IMG/VR virus record: IMGVR_UViG_3300032216_000524
Span: 12,035-76,034 of that record
DNA length: 64,000 nucleotides
Origin: a virus
Taxonomy: Duplodnaviria; Caudoviricetes
Strand: one strand, 5' to 3'
The position numbers and the translations under genes were made by a program. Below are positions 56,648 through 64,000 of this stretch, one piece after another (within the stretch, counting starts at the first letter, position 1; the number at the start of each line of letters is the position of its first letter). The notes under the pieces were generated by a model. The model searched no databases. It was not told where the DNA came from and saw nothing but the letters and a program-made list of their open reading frames with translations.

Positions 56648-58756
56648 CTATGTATATACATTGGTGTCAACAGTTGAACCAAATTTGCTTTCCACAGTAT
56701 TGTCGTAAATAATGGGGTGTATACTAAAATAACCACCCTCACTATATGGATTTATTGCTACATATCCGTCATCGTTTTCAGAAAAAGTCTCTGTATCTGT
56801 AAGATATTTAGCGGTTGTTAATGAGGTTAAATCAGAAAGACTCTGACTATCTGATAATGCTTTATCAACATCAAAAGAAATTGAATCTGTTGGGGTGCTA
56901 AGAGAATCAGCCAACGCTTTATCAACATCAAAAGAAATTGAATCTGTTGGGGTGCTAAGAGAATCAGCCAACGCTTTATCAACATCAAAAGAAATTGAAT
57001 CTGTTGGGGTGCTAAGAGAATCAGTTAAAGGTTTCTCCATAAAGAATGTAGTAAATTCAGTTGGAGCAATCATATCTTCCAACTCTTTAGTTACATCTTT
57101 TATTAATCCTCCTAGGATATCATAACCATCTAACATCCCAACGCTGTCGCTTACTGAAACTGCAAGAATCTTAACTAGAGACTCAAGAGAAACAGAAATA
57201 TCAAAATTGTTTTGAATTAAAAATTCACCAAACAATGCAGTACCTGCTGGGTGAACCATAGTTCTTACAGCGGTTCTGTATGTTGATAATCTTTCATCAA
57301 TTCTTAATACATAAGAAAACGCTTGATAGTATTTACTATCTTGAATAAAAATTGCATCATCTAAGAAACCATCATTTGATGAATAGTATCCTGGATATTT
57401 TGCCAATGATCCTAACGATATTACGAAAGTAGCTGGTTTATTTAAAATTGTTAGAGTAATACCACCCAATGGTTGGGCAGTAAATTCTCTTAATACTTTA
57501 CCAGAATATGTACCATCAGAGTAATTGGTTGCAGGTAAAGTTCCGCTAACAGTTACGCTGGTTATTGTTCCTTGTGCGTCTGCAGATATTGATGATACAG
57601 TTATTGTGATGTCATTGGCTGTGGATAATCCACCAATAGTTGTTCCAGCAATTTCTAAAGTATCTCCAACTGTATAACCCATTCCACCATCATTAATTGT
57701 GATAGATTGACTAATCTTTGTAGACAAATCTATAACTGCTGTAAATCCTGTACCTGTGGCAGATATGTTTGTTGGAGTTACAGAATACGATGTTGTTCTT
57801 GCATAGTCATCATAGTTAATGTATCCCTGTTCCGAGAAACCAGCCATGTAATCGGCTGCTTGAATTCCTCCTGAAACTACGATTGCGCTAGAATGTTCTC
57901 CAGTTGTTGGAGAATAATAGTCTCTTTGTGGATTGACATCAATTTCAAAATCAGTACCGTATCCAGTACCATACTTAATAAATTCTGCAGAAAGAATTCC
58001 ACCATCCGCATTAACTCGTGTAACTTTAATTATAGAACGAAGACCACCAGCGTTTTTTAATTCAAATAACTGACCCAATTTAAAACCAGATCCTGGATGT
58101 TTAATTACTAATGTAGAAGTAGTAGCTAAAATTTGAGCAGAGAAAATTTCTCTATATTTAATAAAATCGCCAACTTTAATATTACCAAAGAATCTTCTGT
58201 CAATAAAAATTTCATATACAGTATCAGATACTTGAACAACACGATCAACTTCAACCTCAACATACTGGCGACGATCAACCAATACTTTAAATGTTCTATT
58301 TGGTTGAACGATATCAACTAATTTTCCATCAATTAAATCTGGTGTACCTACATCAACTCGAACGAAAACAGAAATATCTTGGTTCCATCTTCCATCAGAA
58401 GCACGAAGCATTTGACGACCTGGATAGTCAACCTGAACATTTTTATTATATAATAAACGGAATAATAACTTAAAAGAATTCTCACTACCTTTTGCTAGAT
58501 AGTGATCTTTAATATGTTGAAGTATAAATCTTTCATCTACCTGAACATCATTTGGTAGAGCACTGGCCAATTCATTTTTAAAATAAACAATAAAATTGTC
58601 TAGGGTTTTGTCAAGATCTACTACACTTAATAAATCAACTCCTTGACTATCCAAATACTCATAATATGCTTCAACGAAAGCAACGAATGTGGGATAGTCT
58701 GACCTGACAAACTCAGGTACTTGAGATGGAACTAAGGCTGATGTTGCTAGTCTCAT
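56648..58756 (-). CDS. Baseplate wedge protein, gp7-like
   Basis: LVPSQVPEFVRSDYPTFVAF.EAYYE.L, Y.AKGSENSF..LFRLLY, P...MLRASDGRW, IQDSKYYQAFSYVLR, VHPAGT.LFG; located after gp6. Confidence 0.8.
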   Translation of the reverse strand: MRLATSALVPSQVPEFVRSDYPTFVAFVEAYYEYLDSQGVDLLSVVDLDKTLDNFIVYFKNELASALPNDVQVDERFILQHIKDHYLAKGSENSFKLLFRLLYNKNVQVDYPGRQMLRASDGRWNQDISVFVRVDVGTPDLIDGKLVDIVQPNRTFKVLVDRRQYVEVEVDRVVQVSDTVYEIFIDRRFFGNIKVGDFIKYREIFSAQILATTSTLVIKHPGSGFKLGQLFELKNAGGLRSIIKVTRVNADGGILSAEFIKYGTGYGTDFEIDVNPQRDYYSPTTGEHSSAIVVSGGIQAADYMAGFSEQGYINYDDYARTTSYSVTPTNISATGTGFTAVIDLSTKISQSITINDGGMGYTVGDTLEIAGTTIGGLSTANDITITVSSISADAQGTITSVTVSGTLPATNYSDGTYSGKVLREFTAQPLGGITLTILNKPATFVISLGSLAKYPGYYSSNDGFLDDAIFIQDSKYYQAFSYVLRIDERLSTYRTAVRTMVHPAGTALFGEFLIQNNFDISVSLESLVKILAVSVSDSVGMLDGYDILGGLIKDVTKELEDMIAPTEFTTFFMEKPLTDSLSTPTDSISFDVDKALADSLSTPTDSISFDVDKALADSLSTPTDSISFDVDKALSDSQSLSDLTSLTTAKYLTDTETFSENDDGYVAINPYSEGGYFSIHPIIYDNTVESKFGSTVDTNVYT
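56859..57024 (-). repeat. 57-bp perfect tandem repeat (about 2.9 copies) encoding LADSLSTPTDSISFDVDKA
   Basis: gctttatcaacatcaaaagaaattgaatctgttggggtgctaagagaatcag(ccaac) recurs at 56859, 56916 and 56973 with no substitutions. Confidence 0.95.
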
Positions 58757-60592
58757 TTATGGTCTAATTTTAGTAAATGTATAATTGAATCCACCACCTA
58801 AATCACCAGAAGCAGATTTGTCTGCAATAACATCAATAACTAAATGATCACGAGCAACCTCAGCAATTTGGTGTAACGCAGAAACAACATCGTTTGCCTG
58901 CGGTTTCATTGAAATTTCAAAATCTACATCAGCTAAATCTGTTATCCACAAATTATTGATTTCAATAAAACCAGCGTCATAATCTACTCTACCAATTGTA
59001 GGGTTTATAATGTTCTTTTGGTAGTTGCTGTCTAAAACATATAAACGAATTGAACCAGCACCATCATCATCGATATAATGAATGTCATTACTACCTTTAA
59101 CATAAAAACCAGTAGAGTAAATAGCACCTTCTGCAATACCAGAATTGTATAATGGATTGATAACATTTAAGATATATTGAGCAGAAACATTATATTTGAC
59201 AATCATTTTTCTACGCAGTAATACTGTCATCGTGTTATTTACGATTGCTTGATCTGCAGTATCTATTAATCTACTTAATTTTGAGTGACGAAATACTCCA
59301 TTAAACTTTTGTAAATCTGTATCGTCATAGTTAAAAATTGCATTAGTTACAATAGTTTTAATTTGGGTAGGTGTTTTGTTTGTTTTAAACGGATCGTAAT
59401 TTACGGTAACATGCAAAGCAATGTTAATAAATTCTGGATCTAAAATTTCTGGCGTTACAGAAACCATATTCTTATGGTTTAATACTGTGTTTAAAACATA
59501 ATTTTTTTGTAAGTTGGTTAATTTATCTGCATCATATGGATTAATACAAATGTAAACTTTTCCATAGATTGCTGGGTAATTATCTTCACCACCCCAAACA
59601 GAAACGGATTTTGCTTGAGCAAAACCTTTTGTAATTAATACTCTATAGTCTTCAGGAGTTACTGCACGATTTTGAGCAGCATAAGATCTTGGTGCATTAT
59701 ATTTAATACTGTCAATTGATTCTGGGACGCCACCACCTGTTGCAATAACTTTGGTAGAAATAGTTACAGCACCGCCCAACAATGATGAACCATTATAGTT
59801 AAATAATCTGGCTCCATTTGGAGAACCTAAACTTGAAACAAAATAGTTAATAGTTACAACATTACCGTTACCCAAAGCCTGTCCAAAAATACCATCACCA
59901 AAATAAATTTCTAATAGTCCGCTATCAATCTCTTTGACAAAATAAACTTTTGAAGAAGCATCTAAACCATTAACAATATTACTTGCCAGATTATATGATA
60001 CGAAAGTACCACTAGAAGCAGATTGTTGAACTGTTACACGAACTGTTGATAAGTCAACATTAGCGTTGGGTATAACAAATCGTTGACCTGGAGATACCGT
60101 ATATTTAAATGTTAGTGGTGTACCTTCAACCAATTCAACACCAGAGAATACATAACCATTTGCTCCATTACCTGTTGTGTAATCTGACAAATTATAAAAA
60201 GTATATTGATTTTTGTTTACAACAGTTTCAAATGCTTGATATGCAGGCAGAGTAGTAACAGTAGGAGATGAAGTTGGGGAAACAATTCTTACATCAACAG
60301 TGGCACGAGCGCAAGTGGCAGAACGAGGAACATAACCTAACATTTTTGCAAGAGAAACAACACTGGCTCTTTTACTTGCTGACTCTAAAAATGATTCATT
60401 AACAGCAAGGTTTGTATAAAGATTGTTGTAGTGAGTATTATATGCCAGAACATCCATCAAAACAGAAAGACCTGAACCATCAAAATCGTAATCTTTAAAT
60501 TGGTCTTGTCCACGGAAAAAGTTTTTAAGGTTTTCCTTAATATTGTCGAAGTCTAACTCGGCTACATTTATTCTATTATTGTCGATTGCCAT
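58757..60592 (-). CDS. gp6: Baseplate wedge subunit
   Basis: ELDFDNIKENLKNF, FKDYDFDGSGLSVLMDVLAYNTHY, ESIDSIKYNAPRSYAAQNRAVTPEDY, VWGGED..P..YGKVYI. Confidence 0.96.
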   Translation of the reverse strand: MAIDNNRINVAELDFDNIKENLKNFFRGQDQFKDYDFDGSGLSVLMDVLAYNTHYNNLYTNLAVNESFLESASKRASVVSLAKMLGYVPRSATCARATVDVRIVSPTSSPTVTTLPAYQAFETVVNKNQYTFYNLSDYTTGNGANGYVFSGVELVEGTPLTFKYTVSPGQRFVIPNANVDLSTVRVTVQQSASSGTFVSYNLASNIVNGLDASSKVYFVKEIDSGLLEIYFGDGIFGQALGNGNVVTINYFVSSLGSPNGARLFNYNGSSLLGGAVTISTKVIATGGGVPESIDSIKYNAPRSYAAQNRAVTPEDYRVLITKGFAQAKSVSVWGGEDNYPAIYGKVYICINPYDADKLTNLQKNYVLNTVLNHKNMVSVTPEILDPEFINIALHVTVNYDPFKTNKTPTQIKTIVTNAIFNYDDTDLQKFNGVFRHSKLSRLIDTADQAIVNNTMTVLLRRKMIVKYNVSAQYILNVINPLYNSGIAEGAIYSTGFYVKGSNDIHYIDDDGAGSIRLYVLDSNYQKNIINPTIGRVDYDAGFIEINNLWITDLADVDFEISMKPQANDVVSALHQIAEVARDHLVIDVIADKSASGDLGGGFNYTFTKIRP

Positions 60593-61212
60593 TATCGTGT
60601 TCTCTCTAGTACTAGATTAAGATTTTGAGGAGTCTGCGTATTTAAAATCGTGAACTTAATCGAAACTGCAGCACTATTGTTGTCAGGATTTATGTTTACA
60701 GATACATCATTTAATGTAACTCTTGGTTCAAAATTTTCTATTGTATTTCTGATTGTTCTTTCCATAACTGCACCAAGTAGAGGAGTTGCTGGCTCAAACA
60801 ATAGAGAATTTACCTGAGATCCAATTTCTGGATGAAATCTTCTTTCATAATTCATCGTCAGAATTAGGTTTTTAACAGACGCTTTGATTGCATTTTCATT
60901 GAATCTAAGAATCAAATCTGAAGGGTTTGAGTATTTAAAATGCTGTTGGGTTACATTAACATTAGCATTTTTATACAATTTAAGATGTGTGGTATCAATT
61001 GTATCTTTTACTTTGCCTATAAACACTCCAGCAACAAATAGATTTCTATAAAGCATGTCATATCGTTCGAAATTGGTATTAGTACCAGTTACGATATCGC
61101 TAGTTGTTGTGGTTGTTAGAAATCCTATCCCTTCATTAACAACCGAATACATCGGAGAAGGGATAAAGTTCAGATCTAAGTCTGTGAATGTTCTTGTATT
61201 TCTGGTGGCCAT
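60592..61212 (-). CDS. gp25: Baseplate wedge / sheath-initiator subunit with a ~75-aa insertion
   Basis: RTFTDLDLNF...NENAIKASVKNLILT...ERRFHPEIGS....LLFEP...IENFEPRV; the protein is 206 aa because of an insertion after DLDLNF. Confidence 0.92.
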   Translation of the reverse strand: MATRNTRTFTDLDLNFIPSPMYSVVNEGIGFLTTTTTSDIVTGTNTNFERYDMLYRNLFVAGVFIGKVKDTIDTTHLKLYKNANVNVTQQHFKYSNPSDLILRFNENAIKASVKNLILTMNYERRFHPEIGSQVNSLLFEPATPLLGAVMERTIRNTIENFEPRVTLNDVSVNINPDNNSAAVSIKFTILNTQTPQNLNLVLERTR

Positions 61213-61217
61213 TTAGT

Positions 61218-61224
61218 TATTTAG
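61218..61224 (-). promoter_or_regulatory. Late promoter (CTAAATA) upstream of gp25
   Basis: CTAAATA 5 nt before the gp25 ATG. Confidence 0.55.
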
Positions 61225-61229
61225 TATCG

Positions 61230-61532
61230 TTATCCGCCAATAAAAGCATTACCTGATCCCTCAGCGATCATATCTCCGCAAGCAATATTATCGCCAATTC
61301 TGGCGACAGCAGCACCCTCAAAAAAGAAAGTGCTAGATCCACTGGAAATAATTCTAGTAGGGGCAGGGTGAACTGTCCTTCCACAAGCATGTTGTATATA
61401 CTGGGTTCTACCAACAAGCTGAACTGCATTTCCATTAAAAAATGCGGTTGATGCGTATGGACCCTGAGAGTTGGTTGGTGGAAAACATCCGTGACCAGTA
61501 GATGATGTGCTTGATGTGGCGACTCCAGGCAT
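61230..61532 (-). CDS. PAAR-repeat spike tip protein (gp5.4-like)
   Basis: TGHGCFPPT, QHAC...H, GSSTFF.EG.AVARIGD.IACG..IAEGS.N.FIGG; His/Cys metal ligands. Confidence 0.93.
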   Translation of the reverse strand: MPGVATSSTSSTGHGCFPPTNSQGPYASTAFFNGNAVQLVGRTQYIQHACGRTVHPAPTRIISSGSSTFFFEGAAVARIGDNIACGDMIAEGSGNAFIGG

Positions 61533-62038
61533 TATTTACCCTCCTTTTGATTATTAACAGCTTCTTTAAACAACCCTTTACTAACATCCCAAAAATTAGT
61601 TAAAGTTACCGTATAAGTTATAGTTTGTGGACCAGTTTGCGTATCTATAGCCATTGCTGTATAATTATAAGTGTGATATAAAGTTCTATCTGCTTTAAAT
61701 GAAGTCATTGCATATACATCACTTTGGTTGAAGTCAGCAGCCCAAATATCTGCTAATATATTTCCTTGTGATATTGTTTGTATTGAATCATCGTCATTAG
61801 CCTTCTGTTTGTATTTAATAATACTCTGATCAAAACAATATGGATAGTATCCAGATATCGCTGCAGAAGTTCCATTAATTAAAATGACACTAGAAAATGA
61901 TTGCGTACTCGCAGTAAGAGTTACTGGTCTCGGGGATCCAGTTTTTGAATCAATATAGATAATCCCATATGAAAATGTTTGTTTAACAGCCAAATCTTCT
62001 GGTTGATTAATAGCAGTGTTTGATGGTTGCCATGGCAT
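61532..62038 (-). CDS. gp5.1-like baseplate-region protein
   Basis: 168 aa between gp5 and PAAR, matching T4 5.1 in size and position; C-terminal Y..TLTNFW helix. The call is mainly positional. Confidence 0.5.
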   Translation of the reverse strand: MPWQPSNTAINQPEDLAVKQTFSYGIIYIDSKTGSPRPVTLTASTQSFSSVILINGTSAAISGYYPYCFDQSIIKYKQKANDDDSIQTISQGNILADIWAADFNQSDVYAMTSFKADRTLYHTYNYTAMAIDTQTGPQTITYTVTLTNFWDVSKGLFKEAVNNQKEGK

Positions 62039-62040
62039 AG

Positions 62041-64000
62041 TTATTCCTTACTAGGTCTCCAAATACCAACAATTCCGCCCTTACCAGCAGAGTATCCTCC
62101 TGGCCATGCTTGAGTTACATCACCATCATTTGGATTATTACCACCTTGTTTTGGAGATTGATTACCTCCAACAAAAGTCATCTTACCATTTTTCATGTAA
62201 ACAAAGTTCACATGTCCGTAATTCCAAAGAACGATATCTCCAGTATCTGCAGAACCTACATCAACCTGAGTAGCCTTCCACTTAGACGGATTTGCTTGAA
62301 TTTCTTTAGCCCAAGCAGTTTGAACATAACGATAACCACACTGTTTTAATGTCCAATTTACAAATCCCATACACCAAGCAGTTTGATCTGATTCCCATGT
62401 TTTACCAGAGTATCCAAGATCAGACCAAATACGAGTAATATTTGGATTGCTTGGTTTTCCATTCTGACCAGATTCTCTCCAGTATCCTCCATCTGCCAAA
62501 TCTAATTGTTTGCTTAAGAAAATTGCAATGTCTGAAACTGCATCAGAAGATTTTAAACTCTTACCAGCACCATCAGACTTTGGAGTTCCTGGATAATTTT
62601 CTTTAACACCACCTTCAGCTGCCTCAGGATTTTTATATTTGTCTGGATTAGCAAGATACCCTTCCAATGCTGCAAAGTTTTCTTCTTCAATTGCATATTT
62701 TTCAACAACTGGTGGAGAAGGTCTAACAGGAGTTGTTAAAAATTCTGTGGTAGCTTCATTATAGTCATGGTGGGCTGGTGGAACTAAATCAGTACCTGCT
62801 TTGCCACCATCACCATTTTCATCTGCTGGCTTTTCATCTGTATCAGTAAATTTATCTTTAACCACTACAATTCCGCTCTGAGCACCATCTGCTGAGCCTT
62901 CTTGTCCATGGAACTCGGAACCATGAACATTAACATTTCCTGCAGCGAGAAGATTTTGTTCACCAACTGCTTGATTAAACATATCACCAGCAGTAAAGAT
63001 ATTGGTATCCCCCTGAGATTCTATATAAAAATCTCCATTAGATTTAATACCAACATCTTCCTTGGCTTCAGTATAAACATTGGCTCCAGATTTTGTTGTA
63101 ATATCTTTACCAGCTTGCATACCAAAAGTGCCTTTAGTTTTCATAGTGATGTTTCCATTCACTTGAAACTTTAAGTCACCACCAATTGCAATATTCACAT
63201 CCTCGTGAACTCCAATGTCTGCTCCATGGTGTAAATTAATGGTTGCTTGTCCGTCTACTTGAACATCAGCTTGCCCGTGAACCATAAGGTTGCAAGATTG
63301 TCCCACTGTAATATTACATCTGCCATTGACATAGATACCACCATTTCGTTGGACGATCCAATAACCATCTCCTACAATTTTTTGAACGAGAGTTCCATTC
63401 GCATCGATATCAATAAACGAACCTGCTCTGTGATACAAACTAATCATTTCATTGTTTGGAGTGTCATCAAATACCATTAAATGACCAGATTCAGATTCAA
63501 ATACTTTTGAGTATGGATATGTTCCACCAAAAGGGGCGATAGGTTGGCTCCAATTAGCAACATCGTTTGGTGCAACAATTTTTCTATTTCTGTCAGAATC
63601 TTTAAACTCTAACGCAGTATCTTTCTGAATTCCACGAGCAAGACGATTTGTATCAGGCTCATCCATTAAATTTCTTAGTGGATATTTTCCTGATGGGTCA
63701 GAGAATCCAATAATGCTATTTGAAGATCTATCTTCTAATAATGCAGCCTGAGTTGCAGGTGGGAGATCTTTAACCTGATCTGCTGTATATGTTTTTTGTG
63801 TATCAGCAGCAGGTTTATTTGTTGGATCTCCTCCAACTACTTCTCCGAGAAAATACTCGTAGTATTTCTTTTTCTTCTCATATCCAGAACCATTAGCATC
63901 CGCTCCAGTTCTATGCAATGCTGCCGTAAAATATCCTGGATCTGTAATTGGATGTTCTACATTCATTTTATAGAAAGCAGCACAAGCTAATGCAGCAAGT
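62041..64000 (-). CDS. gp5: Baseplate spike/hub protein, 5'-truncated, with a C-terminal CHAP-like (TIGR02594-type) domain
   Basis: DEPDTNRLARG, YPYSKVFESESGH...DDTP..E...YHRAGSF, followed by beta-helix repeats; C-terminal AWCMGFVNW...GHVNFV...GGNQ. The frame stays open past Met 63966 to the window edge (LAALACAAFYK). Confidence 0.9.
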   Translation of the reverse strand, partial: LAALACAAFYKMNVEHPITDPGYFTAALHRTGADANGSGYEKKKKYYEYFLGEVVGGDPTNKPAADTQKTYTADQVKDLPPATQAALLEDRSSNSIIGFSDPSGKYPLRNLMDEPDTNRLARGIQKDTALEFKDSDRNRKIVAPNDVANWSQPIAPFGGTYPYSKVFESESGHLMVFDDTPNNEMISLYHRAGSFIDIDANGTLVQKIVGDGYWIVQRNGGIYVNGRCNITVGQSCNLMVHGQADVQVDGQATINLHHGADIGVHEDVNIAIGGDLKFQVNGNITMKTKGTFGMQAGKDITTKSGANVYTEAKEDVGIKSNGDFYIESQGDTNIFTAGDMFNQAVGEQNLLAAGNVNVHGSEFHGQEGSADGAQSGIVVVKDKFTDTDEKPADENGDGGKAGTDLVPPAHHDYNEATTEFLTTPVRPSPPVVEKYAIEEENFAALEGYLANPDKYKNPEAAEGGVKENYPGTPKSDGAGKSLKSSDAVSDIAIFLSKQLDLADGGYWRESGQNGKPSNPNITRIWSDLGYSGKTWESDQTAWCMGFVNWTLKQCGYRYVQTAWAKEIQANPSKWKATQVDVGSADTGDIVLWNYGHVNFVYMKNGKMTFVGGNQSPKQGGNNPNDGDVTQAWPGGYSAGKGGIVGIWRPSKE

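Noticed and set aside
56859-57024. CRISPR-like array
   Set aside because: The repeats are contiguous with no unique spacers and are in frame within a CDS.
1-64000. Stop-codon reassignment, inteins, introns, homing endonucleases, tRNAs
   Set aside because: TAA, TAG and TGA all end full-length conserved genes; gp17, gp20, gp23 and uvsW have normal sizes; no HNH, GIY-YIG or LAGLIDADG motif and no cloverleaf was seen in the short intergenic gaps.

Overview
A 64-kb segment of a large T4-like myophage genome (aquatic, non-enterobacterial gene order; about 35-40% GC by eye; host not determinable). Essentially every real gene is on the minus strand. In transcription order (high to low coordinates): the 3' part of baseplate spike gp5 (cut by the window edge), gp5.1-like, PAAR, gp25, gp6, gp7-like, gp8 and a 2270-aa DUF4815/VrlC-type virion protein. 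Next is a ~28-kb accessory fibre/receptor-binding region (18.4-46.2 kb), which includes three tandem paralogous Ig-fold/propeller proteins followed by two helical proteins, a radical SAM-SPASM enzyme and a U32-methyltransferase fusion. Then come neck/tail gp13-gp15, terminase gp17, sheath gp18, tube gp19, portal gp20, prohead core/protease/scaffold, capsid gp23 and gp3, and finally uvsY, uvsW, late sigma gp55, an AAA ATPase and the start of gp47. T4-type late promoters ((C/A/T)TAAATA), two sigma70-type promoters and two UUCG-loop hairpins are visible. No tRNA, CRISPR array, reverse transcriptase, intein or homing endonuclease was found. The best candidates for undescribed biology are the Fe-S enzyme cassette co-transcribed with fibre genes (possible virion-protein modification), a fibre-region protein with a complete type-1 copper ligand set, and a gp5 spike carrying a C-terminal CHAP-like hydrolase. 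All family calls are from motif recognition, not database searches.
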